Below, piece by piece: positions 43,777-53,527 of a DNA stretch of 64,000 nt. The translations under genes and the position numbers were made by a program. The first letter of the stretch is position 1, and each line of letters starts with the position of its first letter. The stretch lies in the NCBI GenBank assembly GCA_047285305.1, contig JBJBDL010000003.1:1024001-1088000 (forward strand), in the 5' to 3' direction. A model generated the notes under the pieces. It was not told the origin of the DNA. It did not search any database and saw only the letters and a list, made by a program, of their open reading frames with translations. The DNA comes from Synechococcus sp. Lineage in GTDB: Bacteria > Cyanobacteriota > Cyanobacteriia > PCC-6307 > Cyanobiaceae.

Positions 43777-44121
43777 CGTTAGGGCCCGAAAGGGGTGCTT
43801 CTCCTTTCGATTGAGACAGAACAACTCAAGGTGACAGCTGCTGAGTTCAACAGCCGCCCCGGCACCAGCGTCGGCTTCGCTGACTGGACTCGGTACAGGG
43901 ATTGGAGGTGGCGGCAACGATGATGCGGGCTGTACCGGAAGACGTCGCGACCCCCATGCGGCATTGAAGGGAACCATCACGAGGGGGGATCGATTCCGCA
44001 CTCTTTGCCGGCCAGGCCAAAGCACTGGACGCGATCAGAACTGATCGCGCCATTTTTACCGATCCTGCGGCGTCATGCCGTCATGTCGGCTGCGTTCTCA
44101 GTGCCCAAGTCCAACGCCTTC

Positions 44122-44289
44122 TCAGGCTTTGGAGTAGGAGACGCCGCGGTAGGTCAGAGCAACGCAATTGCGTACGGATTTGATTTGCTCAGACCGATAG
44201 CTTTTGCCCATGTATTTCAGTTGGATTGTTGGTCTTGTCGATACTGCTTCTGTCTTTGCATATTTGTTGCCCAAGAAAGTGAGTTCCAT
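44122..44289 (-). CDS. DUF4278-type small protein (55 aa)
   Basis: Three internal units LTFLGNKY / LKYMGKSY / LTYRGVSY. Confidence 0.82.
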   Translation of the reverse strand: MELTFLGNKYAKTEAVSTRPTIQLKYMGKSYRSEQIKSVRNCVALTYRGVSYSKA

Positions 44290-44345
44290 GGTGTGAATAG
44301 GGATGGATAAAAACTTTTTTAGTTCTACGCCGTCGCCCAAAAGCC

Positions 44346-44406
44346 GCAAGGTTCCATTTGATACCTTGCTCTTTAGCTATTGTTAAGGCTGCATCATCCT
44401 GATACA
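44346..44406 (-). promoter_or_regulatory. Candidate operator palindrome and leader hairpin of the DUF4278 gene
   Basis: TGTATCA-GGA-TGATGCA (44390-44406) and GCAAGGTATC-AAAT-GGAACCTTGC (44346-44369). Confidence 0.5.
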
Positions 44407-44542
44407 AGTTCTGCTCTTAATCCCTGTCCTGAAAGGACGAGGGGGGTGATGCGAGTTGTGGGATTTTGTGTTTGTTGATGTGAAGTAGTTGAAATATTTG
44501 TTGGTTTTGTTCGCGCTGTCGAACTTGTCTTGATTGATTCTC

Positions 44543-44941
44543 TCAGGCTTGAGGCTTGGAGCGTTCCTCTGTTTGCGCTTTGCTGCAGCGTTGGCATGCA
44601 TTAACGCTGTCTTTGTGGTGTTCCGGCAGCGTTAGCCGGAATGGGTCCACGTCAAATTCGTAGCCACAGGCGCAGCGGGCATGGAACTTCAGTTTTTTCG
44701 CTTTTTTGAGTCGCTTTAAAAGGGTGACGTTGCCAAAAACTTGATCTGGCTTGAATCGCTCCAGCTTGGTGCGTTCCTCCGGCGCATGCTTGACCCGGGC
44801 CTTTTGCAGGGCGTTGCGTACGGAGTTTTCACTGCCTTTTCCCAGGATCTTGGGGATCTGCAGGATCGATCGCCCTTCCTGCAGGTACAGACGCTTGATC
44901 TCCTCGATCTCAGCACTTGTGAAGCCAGATTTCTTGCCCAC
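44543..44941 (-). CDS. HTH protein with C-terminal Cys4 module
   Basis: EIKRLYLQEGRSILQIPKILGKGSENSVRNAL (HTH-like); QVFGNVTLL...RCACG...CQRC; AAGGAAG before the GTG start. Confidence 0.72.
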   Translation of the reverse strand: MGKKSGFTSAEIEEIKRLYLQEGRSILQIPKILGKGSENSVRNALQKARVKHAPEERTKLERFKPDQVFGNVTLLKRLKKAKKLKFHARCACGYEFDVDPFRLTLPEHHKDSVNACQRCSKAQTEERSKPQA

Positions 44942-45025
44942 CTGCTTCCTTCCTTTGGTTTGAGTCTCTCAGGCGGTGCGCAAGAGCCATCCAAGTTCTC
45001 GGAGGCGAAATGTCAGCCTGTCGGG

Positions 45026-45757
45026 ATGATTCCACTGGACCCACTGTTGCAACGGCTGGCCGGAGTCGCCGGCATGGAGAGCGGCTGCAAGCGCCTTGTT
45101 GTTGTGCAGGGCCAGCTGGGGGATTTCGACTCGATCGAATACGCCCAGGCGCTGGTGGCAAGGCTTCCCCAGTTGGCGGCGCTTGGGGTCAAGGTGCAGC
45201 TGTTCGGCATCGGCAACGCTGCCAGTGCCGAACGCTTCGCGGCCTTCACCGGGTTTCCCCTGCAGCAGCTGATCGCCGATCCATCGCCGCTGTTGCATCA
45301 GGCCCTGGGGTTGGAGACGGGCTTGAAGCTCCCCGGTGGCCCCTGGCCTGGTTTTCTGCTGATGTGCGCCGGCGTGGGCTCGCCTGGCACCCTGCGCGAG
45401 GTGCTGCGCGGTTACACCGGAGATCGCGCGGCGGCCCAGATCTTTGACGACGAGGAGTGGGTTGAAGCCTTTCCTTTGCCGCGCTTCCGGGGGGCTCTGT
45501 TCCGCCGGGTCGGTGGTGCTGGGTTCCAGCGACCCTTTGAGCTCGCCACCAAGCGTTTGCGCAACATGAATGAAGTGCTCCGCAACTGGCGCACCTATGT
45601 GCCCTGTGATGACTACATCACGCAGCGCGGCGCCACCGTGCTGCTCGACGCCGATGACAGCGTGATCTACTGCCACCGCGATCAAAGCCTGCTCGGCTAC
45701 TCCGCCACCATGGAACGTCCCTTGGCGTTTCTCGATGAGGTTCTGGCTCAGGGCTGA
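45026..45757 (+). CDS. Peroxiredoxin-like (AhpC/TSA-2 type) family protein
   Basis: QLGDFDSIEYA, GIG, GVGSPGTL.EVLRGY.GD, RPFELAT.RL.NM, TQRGAT; ATG 45026. Confidence 0.8.
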   Translation: MIPLDPLLQRLAGVAGMESGCKRLVVVQGQLGDFDSIEYAQALVARLPQLAALGVKVQLFGIGNAASAERFAAFTGFPLQQLIADPSPLLHQALGLETGLKLPGGPWPGFLLMCAGVGSPGTLREVLRGYTGDRAAAQIFDDEEWVEAFPLPRFRGALFRRVGGAGFQRPFELATKRLRNMNEVLRNWRTYVPCDDYITQRGATVLLDADDSVIYCHRDQSLLGYSATMERPLAFLDEVLAQG

Positions 45758-45773
45758 GCTCAACCGGCTGTCT

Positions 45774-46313
45774 TCAATTAGTGGTGGGCTCGCGATACAC
45801 CGCAAGAGCTGCCACCAAGCCGCCGATGAACCCTGCGCTGTGGCTGATCCAGCTGACGCCGGCGGATGAGACACCGGGAATCAAGGCGATCAGGGCTGAG
45901 CCGTAGAGCCAGAACGCCACCAGGCCCAGGGCGATGGAGAGGATGCGGCGTTCTAGCCAGCCGATCAGCAGCAGGTAACCCAGCAGTCCGTACACCACGC
46001 CTGATAGTCCATGACTGTGGGCGGGCCAGAACAGGGCCACGGGAATGTTGATCAGCAGCACCGAAAGCCAGACGCTCAGGTAATCGCGCATCCCCCGGCT
46101 GAGCACCAGCCAGCTCAGGGGTAGAAACGCCAGGCTGTTGGAGACCAGATGCCCGAAGCCGGCATGGCTGAACGGCGCTGTGATTACCCCCCACCACGGT
46201 TGATCCGGCCCCATCGGCAGGTTCCACTGCCCCGCAAAAAAAAGTTGGTCGCTCAGCTCCTGCCCCCAGGCCAAGGCCAGGATCAGCAGGGGAAGCAGCA
46301 GTCGAATGCGCAT
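45774..46313 (-). CDS. Rhomboid family intramembrane serine protease
   Basis: PFSH..FGHL..N, GLSG catalytic Ser, SW..H..G catalytic His. Confidence 0.88.
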   Translation of the reverse strand: MRIRLLLPLLILALAWGQELSDQLFFAGQWNLPMGPDQPWWGVITAPFSHAGFGHLVSNSLAFLPLSWLVLSRGMRDYLSVWLSVLLINIPVALFWPAHSHGLSGVVYGLLGYLLLIGWLERRILSIALGLVAFWLYGSALIALIPGVSSAGVSWISHSAGFIGGLVAALAVYREPTTN

Positions 46314-46357
46314 CGCCTTGCGCCAATGACCACAATGATGACGCGGATGCTGGGCGG

Positions 46358-47893
46358 ATGATCAGAAGCGACGTCGACGTTCTGGTGATCGGCAGCGGCA
46401 TCGGTGGACTGTGTGCTGCAGGTTTGTGTGCCCGCGCCGGTCGTGAGGTGCTGGTGCTGGAAGCCCATCACCAACCTGGTGGAGCCGCCCATGGCTTTCA
46501 ACGCCAGGGGTATCACTTTGAATCCGGTCCATCCCTCTGGAGTGGCCTGGGGCGCTGGCCCAGCAGCAATCCCCTGGCCCAGGTGCTGCGTGCGCTGGGC
46601 CAGACCGTGGAGGTGATTCCCTATCGCAGCTGGGATGTGCTGTTGCCGGAAGGGGATCTGCGCATCGCCGTTGGGCACGACGACTTTGAGGCTGTGGTGT
46701 GCAGCCTGCGCAGCCCCGAGGTGGCCGCCGAATGGCGGCGTTTTGTGGAGGCGCTTCAGCCAATTGCCGCAGCTGCCGATGCTTTGCCCTTGCTGGCCCT
46801 GCGGCCTGGGGTTGATGGCATGGCGCAACTGCTGAAGCGCGGTGGACGTTTGCTGCCGCATCTTGCGGCGATGCGCTACCTCTCCGGTTCCTTTGGTCCC
46901 CTGGTGGATCGTCACCTCAGCGATCCTTTCCTGCGCCATTGGGTGGATCTGCTTTCCTTCTTAATCAGCGGCATGCCGATGGGAGACACCAACACCGCAG
47001 CCATGGCCACGCTGTTCGGTGAGTGGTTTGAACCGGATGCCCATCTCGACTACCCCGTTGGCGGCAGTGCTGCCGTGGTTGAGGCCCTGGTGCGTGGCTT
47101 GAAAGCTCACGGCGGCACCCTGCACATGGGAACGGCGGTGCAACAGCTGCGGGTGGAGGGGGATCAAGTAGTAGGTGTGACGATGGCCGATGGAACGCAG
47201 ATCGCGGCGCGGCAGGTGATCTGCAATGCCGACATCTGGTCCACCCTTGCTCTGCTGCCGGAGTCCGTGGCGCCGAAGTGGCAGCGTCAGCGCCAGGCCA
47301 CGCCGGCCTGCAACGGCTTCCTCCATCTGCATCTGGGCTTTGATGCCACGGGGCTGGAGGATCTGCCGATCCACACCGTCTGGGTGGATGATTGGGAGCG
47401 TGGGATCGACGCCGAGCGCAATGCCGTGGTGTTGTCGATTCCGTCAGTGTTGGATTCCTCGATGGCACCGGCCGGTCGCCATGTGCTGCATGCCTACACC
47501 CCGGCCAGCGAACCCTGGCAGCTCTGGGCTGATCTAGAGCGCGACAGCGCGGCGTATCAGCAGAGAAAACAGGAGCGATGTGCTGTGTTCTGGCGGGTGC
47601 TGGAACGCCGTATTCCCGACATCCGCGACCGCTGTGAGCTGATCATGGAGGGAACGCCGCTGACCCACAGCCATTTCCTCAATGTTCATCAGGGCAGTTA
47701 TGGCCCTGCCCTTTCAGCAGCTGAAGGTCTCTTCCCGGGCGTGACGACGCCCCTGGCCAATTTCTGGCTTTGTGGTGCCAGCACCTTCCCTGGGATCGGC
47801 ATCCCCCCCGTGGCGGCGAGTGGTGCCATGGCGGCCCATGCCGTCCTCGGCCGGGAGATGCAAAACAGTCTGCTGCGGGAGCTGGAGCTTTGA
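46358..47893 (+). CDS. CrtISO/phytoene desaturase-like FAD oxidoreductase
   Basis: GSGIGGL, PGG.AH.F.R.GY.FESGPS, GTPLTH..FL....GSYGP, GASTFPGIG.P. Confidence 0.88.
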   Translation: MIRSDVDVLVIGSGIGGLCAAGLCARAGREVLVLEAHHQPGGAAHGFQRQGYHFESGPSLWSGLGRWPSSNPLAQVLRALGQTVEVIPYRSWDVLLPEGDLRIAVGHDDFEAVVCSLRSPEVAAEWRRFVEALQPIAAAADALPLLALRPGVDGMAQLLKRGGRLLPHLAAMRYLSGSFGPLVDRHLSDPFLRHWVDLLSFLISGMPMGDTNTAAMATLFGEWFEPDAHLDYPVGGSAAVVEALVRGLKAHGGTLHMGTAVQQLRVEGDQVVGVTMADGTQIAARQVICNADIWSTLALLPESVAPKWQRQRQATPACNGFLHLHLGFDATGLEDLPIHTVWVDDWERGIDAERNAVVLSIPSVLDSSMAPAGRHVLHAYTPASEPWQLWADLERDSAAYQQRKQERCAVFWRVLERRIPDIRDRCELIMEGTPLTHSHFLNVHQGSYGPALSAAEGLFPGVTTPLANFWLCGASTFPGIGIPPVAASGAMAAHAVLGREMQNSLLRELEL

Positions 47894-47927
47894 AGCAGCT
47901 GCGTCATAACCTCCTACCGGAACGCCG

Positions 47928-48137
47928 ATGCAGTCCATGACTTCCAATGCCCGGATCGATTCGCTGCAGCTGATGCTCACGGATCTGCGCATGCGCAACG
48001 AGCCGATTCGTCACAAGGCGGCATTCCGTGGTTGCCAGCCGGAATTTCAGGCGTTGGTGAGTCGTTTGATCGAGCAGCTGGAGGGGGAACTGCTGGATGA
48101 GAAACAGCGCTCCCGTGAAGCTTCCCGTCGGGCCTGA
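47928..48137 (+). CDS. Small hypothetical protein
   Basis: Helical 69-aa ORF co-oriented with the upstream gene, no overlap. Confidence 0.65.
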   Translation: MQSMTSNARIDSLQLMLTDLRMRNEPIRHKAAFRGCQPEFQALVSRLIEQLEGELLDEKQRSREASRRA

Positions 48138-48140
48138 TAC

Positions 48141-48474
48141 TCAAAGAAGGCCGCGCCACTGCGATTCCTGCCTGGCGGCCTACTTTGCGCCCTCATTGGG
48201 GAAGCCTTTGAGAAAGTCTTTGTCTTGAGCGGGCTTGTAGAGCCCCTGTCTTAGCTCGAAAATCACGCTGACGGCCTCCAGGGCTACAAGGGTGTGGAAC
48301 TGATCTTCTGCAATCTCGATGCAGTGGGTGGGCCCCTTGGCGCTGAGATGTAGCTGCTGCTGGATGTTGCCCTCACTTTTGAACAGCAGCAGTCCGACGG
48401 TTCCCTGCAGCATCAGAAAGCATTCGACGCCAGTGCCGGGGCAGTTGTGCTGGTGGCGGTGGGGCCGCACGAGG
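48141..48474 (-). pseudogene. 5'-truncated WbuC-family cupin gene with premature stop
   Basis: VRPHRH...ECFL.LQG..GLLLF, FHTLVALE..SVIFE..QG.Y; N-terminus absent; TAG 48180-48182 followed in frame by AARQESQWRGLL*. Confidence 0.75.
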
Positions 48475-48621
48475 TGCCGCGTTGATGATGCACCGTTTGG
48501 ATGTGGTGGGTTTCCGCAACACGGTGAAAACCCGCTTTGCCGATGTTTTGGAAATAGCAGTGGAGTGAATCTTGGTTGGAGCTCCGGATCCACTAGAACC
48601 GGGTTCCCTCCATTGCTGTGA

Positions 48622-50103
48622 ATGGCGGCGCTGCAGATCGTCTGGTTCAAGCGTGATCTGCGCATCGTTGATCACCAGCCCTTGGCGGCTGCTGCGGAGC
48701 GGGGTTTGGTGCTGCCGCTGTATGTAGTGGAGCCGGAGTTGTGGCAGCAGCCCGATGCCTCCGGGCGGCAGTGGATGTTTTGCCAGGAGTCGCTGCTGGA
48801 GTTGCGCCAGGCCCTAGCGGATCGGGGCCAACCCTTGGTGGTGCGCGTTGGGGATGTCGTGCAGGTGCTGGAACGGGCCCGGCGTCAGTTCGGCATCGAT
48901 GGGCTGTGGAGTCATGAGGAAACTGGCAACGGCTGGACGTACCAGCGCGACAAACGCGTTGGGGACTGGGCCCGTCGGCACGGCATCGATTGGACGGAAA
49001 TCCCGCAGTTTGGGGTGATGCGCCGGATGCGTAGCCGCAATGGCTGGGCTAAACGCTGGGAGGTACAGATGACGGAGCCCATCACACCAGTGCCGGCCGC
49101 GTTGCAATCGCTGGAGGGCATTGATCCCGGTGTGATCCCGGAGCAGCCCTGCCGAGAGCTGCCGGTTGATGGTTGCCCGCAGCGCCAGACCGGTGGGCGT
49201 TCAATCGGCCTGGAGGAGTTGAGCGATTTTTTGCTACACCGCGCCCCGCGCTATCAACGGGCGATGTCGAGCCCCAACACGGCGTTCACCGGTTGTTCGC
49301 GCTTGTCGGCTTATCTCACTTGGGGTTGTCTCTCGATGCGGGAAGTGCTGCAGACGAGCCGCACCTACAGCGGCCGCGGCGTCAGCAGCTTTGAATCACG
49401 GCTGCACTGGCACTGCCATTTCATTCAGAAGTTGGAGGATCAGCCGGCGATTGAATTCAGCGATTTCCATCCGTTCATGCGCGGCATTCGCGCAGACGAC
49501 GTCGAGCGCTTGACGGCCTGGAGCGAAGGTCGCACTGGCGTCCCGTTTGTGGATGCCTGCATGCGCGCCTTGCGGGCCCATGGCTGGATCAACTTCCGCA
49601 TGCGGGCGATGTTGATGTCTTTTGCCAGCTACAACCTTTGGCTGCCTTGGAGAGACAGTGGCCTGCATCTGGCCCGTCAGTTTGTGGATTACGAACCGGG
49701 GATTCACTGGAGCCAGTGCCAGATGCAGTCGGGCAGCACCTCGATCAACACGATTCGGATTTACAACCCGATCAAGCAGGGCATGGACCACGACCCCCAG
49801 GGGCTGTTCATCCGTCAGTGGTGCCCTGAACTCAAGGATGTGCCCACGATTCACATCCATGAGCCCTGGATGCTGGGTGGTGGCATGCCACCACCGATAG
49901 TTGATGTCACTGCATCGATGCAGGACGCCAAAGATCGCATCTGGGAGATTCGCCGATCGGCAGGTTTTGATCGCCATGCCGATGCGATTCAGCACAAGCA
50001 TGGCTCACGTAAGGCGGGTTTGAAGCCAACAACGGCTCGCCGCCGCCGGCGCAAACCACAGCAGCCCGACAACGGCAGCCAGCAGCTCAGCCTCGGTCTT
50101 TAG
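48622..50103 (+). CDS. Cryptochrome/photolyase family protein
   Basis: [28 protein letters not shown]...GW..FRMR, RIYNP. Confidence 0.93.
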   Translation: MAALQIVWFKRDLRIVDHQPLAAAAERGLVLPLYVVEPELWQQPDASGRQWMFCQESLLELRQALADRGQPLVVRVGDVVQVLERARRQFGIDGLWSHEETGNGWTYQRDKRVGDWARRHGIDWTEIPQFGVMRRMRSRNGWAKRWEVQMTEPITPVPAALQSLEGIDPGVIPEQPCRELPVDGCPQRQTGGRSIGLEELSDFLLHRAPRYQRAMSSPNTAFTGCSRLSAYLTWGCLSMREVLQTSRTYSGRGVSSFESRLHWHCHFIQKLEDQPAIEFSDFHPFMRGIRADDVERLTAWSEGRTGVPFVDACMRALRAHGWINFRMRAMLMSFASYNLWLPWRDSGLHLARQFVDYEPGIHWSQCQMQSGSTSINTIRIYNPIKQGMDHDPQGLFIRQWCPELKDVPTIHIHEPWMLGGGMPPPIVDVTASMQDAKDRIWEIRRSAGFDRHADAIQHKHGSRKAGLKPTTARRRRRKPQQPDNGSQQLSLGL

Positions 50104-51245
50104 TTGCGCTGCAATAGCAGCCGCTTGATTACCCGTTGGGCGATGTCGCCATAGCCCATCTCCCCGGAGAGAATCTGAGCAATTCGCCGTGGTGCGGTGG
50201 GCCGCTTGATCCCCAGCTGATACCCCACACCGGGGAAGCGATAGAACACCTGGGCAATGCGCCGGCCCCAGGCCATCGACTCACCCCAGCGCTTCCGCAT
50301 GCTCTGGCTGTAGCCCTGCAAATCCCGACTGTCGCCCTTGAGCCATAGGTTCAGATGTCGAGCTGCCTCGCAGCCACTCATCAGGGCTGGGCGAAGCCCT
50401 TCCGCCAAAAAGGGGTCGCACAGCGATGCCGCATCGCCCACCACCACAATGCCGTCGCCATCAAGACGGTGATGACCGTTCCACACCCGCAGTTGGCCGC
50501 GCTGACGGATGCCTGCATCGGCGGCGAAACCAAGATCCGGCAACAGCTGAGCCAACACCTGCTCCGGGTCGGCGTCCTGCTTGCCGATGAAGCTTCCCAC
50601 GCCGATGTTCACACCACCTGCAAGGGGAAAGGCCCAGGCGAAGCCCTGTTTCACCAGGCCGAATTCAAAGCGTGTGGTGCCATCGCTGAGTTTGCCTTGA
50701 CCTTCGAGTCGCACCGACATGGTGGTGGCCATCTGGGGTTGTTTCGCGCCCAGGCCGAGCCGTTGGGGCCAAGGGGACCCCGAACCGTCGGCGATCACCA
50801 CGGCCCGCCCCTGCCAATGGCGTCCATCGGTTGCCGTGACTCGCCAGACGTCGCCATGGCGACGGATGTCATTCACCTCAACGCCCGCAAGGCGTTGAGC
50901 CCCAGCCTGAATGGCCTGATCTGAGAGCAGTTGATCCAGCGTTTCGCGACGCACGATCCAGAACGGTGCATCGCCGGGCAGCTCGGCGACCACCGGATCC
51001 TCCAGGCACCAACTGAAATCCACCCGTCGGATCACCTGCTCCACCGCTGGTTCCAGGGAAAACGGCAACCACTGCTGCACGGAGGCCGCCATGCCACCTC
51101 CACAGGCTTTGATCCGCGGCTCTGGGTCGCGCTCAAGCGTCAGGGCGTCATGGCCCGCTAACGCAAGATGCACTGCCGCTGCACCGCCAGCGGCCCCAGA
51201 CCCAACGATCAGAACGTCGCGGGTCCGATTCAATCCGTTGCTCAA
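50100..51245 (-). CDS. Geranylgeranyl reductase-like FAD oxidoreductase
   Basis: GSGAAG, KACGGG, ADG, WAFP, VGDAA...DPF..EG. Confidence 0.88.
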   Translation of the reverse strand: MSNGLNRTRDVLIVGSGAAGGAAAVHLALAGHDALTLERDPEPRIKACGGGMAASVQQWLPFSLEPAVEQVIRRVDFSWCLEDPVVAELPGDAPFWIVRRETLDQLLSDQAIQAGAQRLAGVEVNDIRRHGDVWRVTATDGRHWQGRAVVIADGSGSPWPQRLGLGAKQPQMATTMSVRLEGQGKLSDGTTRFEFGLVKQGFAWAFPLAGGVNIGVGSFIGKQDADPEQVLAQLLPDLGFAADAGIRQRGQLRVWNGHHRLDGDGIVVVGDAASLCDPFLAEGLRPALMSGCEAARHLNLWLKGDSRDLQGYSQSMRKRWGESMAWGRRIAQVFYRFPGVGYQLGIKRPTAPRRIAQILSGEMGYGDIAQRVIKRLLLQRN

Positions 51246-51790
51246 ACCTTAAGGATGTCGGCTTCCTTGGTGGCCAGGTGCTGTTCCAGCTCAGCGATGA
51301 ATTTATCGAGCGTTTTCTGAACGCCATCTTGTTCGTCGCGGCTCTGGTCTTCAGAGAACTCCCCTTCCTTTTCCTGCTTTTTAATCTTGTCGATCGCGTC
51401 GCGGCGCAAGTTGCGCAGGGCCACCTTGCCTTCTTCGGCGTACTTCGAGGCCAGCTTGCAGAATTCCTTGCGGCGCTCCTCGGTGAGGGGAGGCACGTTG
51501 ATGCGGATGATCTTGCCGTCGTTGTTGGGGGTGAAGCCCAGCTCACTCATTGCGATGGCCTTCTCGATTGACGCCAGGGCGCTGATGTCGAACGGTTGGA
51601 TCTGGATGGTCTGGGAGTCCGGGGTCGATAGGGTGGCCAGCGACTTCAACGGTGTGTCAGCGCCGTAGTACTCCACGCTGATGCGATCCAGCAGGGAGGA
51701 ATTGGCCCGGCCAGTACGGATTGTGTTGAAGTTGCGCTGGGTGGCCTCCACCGACTTGCGCATGCTGGCTTCGAGGTCCTGGGTCGACAT
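51242..51790 (-). CDS. frr: Ribosome recycling factor
   Basis: [27 protein letters not shown]. Confidence 0.98.
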   Translation of the reverse strand: MSTQDLEASMRKSVEATQRNFNTIRTGRANSSLLDRISVEYYGADTPLKSLATLSTPDSQTIQIQPFDISALASIEKAIAMSELGFTPNNDGKIIRINVPPLTEERRKEFCKLASKYAEEGKVALRNLRRDAIDKIKKQEKEGEFSEDQSRDEQDGVQKTLDKFIAELEQHLATKEADILKV

Positions 51791-51831
51791 GGTTGCTGAG
51801 GGAGGAGGCGTGCGAACTGGGTTGGCGTTTT

Positions 51832-52545
51832 TTAGGAGAGGCCGCCGATGCGGGACCCGATCGGTTCCCCGGCCACGGCTCTGCCGATGTTGCCAGGTTC
51901 AAACAGGTTGAAGACAACAATCGGGATGTTGTTGTCTTTGCAGAGGGCGATGGCGGTGCTGTCCATTACCCCTAACTCCCCGCTGAGCACGTCTTGATAG
52001 CTCAGCTGCGCGTGCTTCACCGCGTCGGCGTGCTTCGCCGGATCTTTGTCATAGACCCCATCCACCTTGGTGGCTTTGAACACCACATCGGCATTGATTT
52101 CAGCGGCCCGCAGGGCAGCGGTGGTGTCGGTGGTGAAGAAAGGGTTGCCGCAACCGGCGCCGAACACCACCACCCGGTTTTTCTCCAGATGCCGAATCGC
52201 TTTGCGACGGATGTAAGGCTCCGCCACTTCCTGCATGGCGATGGCGGTTTGCACCCGGGTGGGAACACCAGCCCTCTCAAGCCCGTCTTGGAGGGTGATG
52301 GCGTTCATCACCGTGGCCAACATGCCAACGTAATCAGCAGTGGCTCTCTCCATGCCCGCCGCAGACCCCTTCAGCCCGCGGAAAATGTTGCCGCCGCCCA
52401 CGACGATCGCCAGCTGGGTGCCACTGGCCACCACCCTGGCCACATCGGAAGCAATCGACTGAACAATGGCGGGATCTATGCCATAGCCCTGAGATCCCAT
52501 CAGAGCTTCGCCGCTGAGTTTCAGCAGGACGCGTGTGTAGGTCAT
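51832..52545 (-). CDS. pyrH: UMP kinase
   Basis: [39 protein letters not shown]. Confidence 0.98.
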   Translation of the reverse strand: MTYTRVLLKLSGEALMGSQGYGIDPAIVQSIASDVARVVASGTQLAIVVGGGNIFRGLKGSAAGMERATADYVGMLATVMNAITLQDGLERAGVPTRVQTAIAMQEVAEPYIRRKAIRHLEKNRVVVFGAGCGNPFFTTDTTAALRAAEINADVVFKATKVDGVYDKDPAKHADAVKHAQLSYQDVLSGELGVMDSTAIALCKDNNIPIVVFNLFEPGNIGRAVAGEPIGSRIGGLS

Positions 52546-52628
52546 CTACGGTCCAGATCCTTTTGACAGTAGCAAGCACTGGCACAAGCCTCTGATCGCC
52601 GCTTGGATGGGGAAACCGCGGCTGTTTC

Positions 52629-52823
52629 ATGCCAGAGACCGATGCCACCCAAAGCGGTGTGATGGCCCGTCTCACGCTTTCAGCCCTGGAACGGGCCAGT
52701 CAGGATCCCGACTGTTGGCGTGAACCGGTGGTGCATCGCGCTCTGTTGGTGAGTGGGCTGTCGGTGCTCACCGCGGCCACCCGTCATCTTCTGGATGATC
52801 TCGAGGCGGCTGAAGCGCTCTGA
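52629..52823 (+). CDS. Small hypothetical protein
   Basis: 64-aa ORF filling the pyrH-cobO gap without overlap. Confidence 0.6.
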   Translation: MPETDATQSGVMARLTLSALERASQDPDCWREPVVHRALLVSGLSVLTAATRHLLDDLEAAEAL

Positions 52824-52841
52824 GACCGGCTGGTTCAACCC

Positions 52842-53507
52842 TTAAAACTCGATGCCCGCCTGGGCCTTCACCCCCTGTTCGCGGAAGGGGTGGCGCACCA
52901 AGGTCATCTCCGTCACCAGATCGGCCCGCTCCACCAGCTCGGCTGGTGCCCCCCTTCCGGTCACCGCCACGTGGGTGAGCTCCGGTCGCTCGTTCAATCC
53001 GGCGATCACCGTACGGGCCTCGATGTAGCCCAGTTTCAAGGCCACGTTTAGCTCGTCGAGCAGCACCAATTTCACGCTCGCATCGCGCAGATAGCCCAGG
53101 GCCGTCTGCCAGGCCTCCTCCACCAATTGCTGATCCCGCTCTCGGTTCTGGGTTTCCCAGGTGAAGCCTTCCCCCAGGGCATGCCAACTCACCTGATCAC
53201 CGAAGGCTTGCAGTGCCCGTGCCTCGCCGGGCTCCCAGCCCCCCTTAATGAATTGAACAATCGCCACCCGCTCGCCATGGCCAAGGGTGCGTAGCACTAG
53301 CCCAAGCCCGGCGGTGGTTTTTCCCTTGCCCTGGCCGGTGAACAACAGCACCAGCCCTTTCTCCTTGTTGCGTTCCTCCACCCGTTGCTTCTGCACCTGC
53401 TGGCGCCGCTCCATCCGTTTGCGGTAACCGGCATCGTCGGTTTCTGGGGCGAGCTTGCCCCCCATGCCCAGTTCCGCGGCGGATTGATCGAGGTCGTTCG
53501 TGCTCAT
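52842..53507 (-). CDS. cobO: Cob(I)yrinic acid a,c-diamide adenosyltransferase
   Basis: TGQGKGKTTA, QFIKG, GFTW, LDELN, TGR, ADLVTEM, GIEF. Confidence 0.96.
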   Translation of the reverse strand: MSTNDLDQSAAELGMGGKLAPETDDAGYRKRMERRQQVQKQRVEERNKEKGLVLLFTGQGKGKTTAGLGLVLRTLGHGERVAIVQFIKGGWEPGEARALQAFGDQVSWHALGEGFTWETQNRERDQQLVEEAWQTALGYLRDASVKLVLLDELNVALKLGYIEARTVIAGLNERPELTHVAVTGRGAPAELVERADLVTEMTLVRHPFREQGVKAQAGIEF

Positions 53508-53527
53508 GGAAGGAAGGGATGTTGGTT

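Noticed and set aside
44290..44410. Canonical glutamine riboswitch upstream of DUF4278
   Set aside because: No CGUUC/GAACG P1 core is visible by eye, so it is not called without a covariance-model search.
44741..45025. N-terminal extension of the peroxiredoxin-like ORF
   Set aside because: Antisense to the HTH gene; the family-like sequence starts near ATG 45026.
48490..48535. Pseudoknot-like pairings (GGGTTT/AAACCC and CACCGT/ACGGTG)
   Set aside because: Short helices inside a probable coding remnant; plausibly chance.
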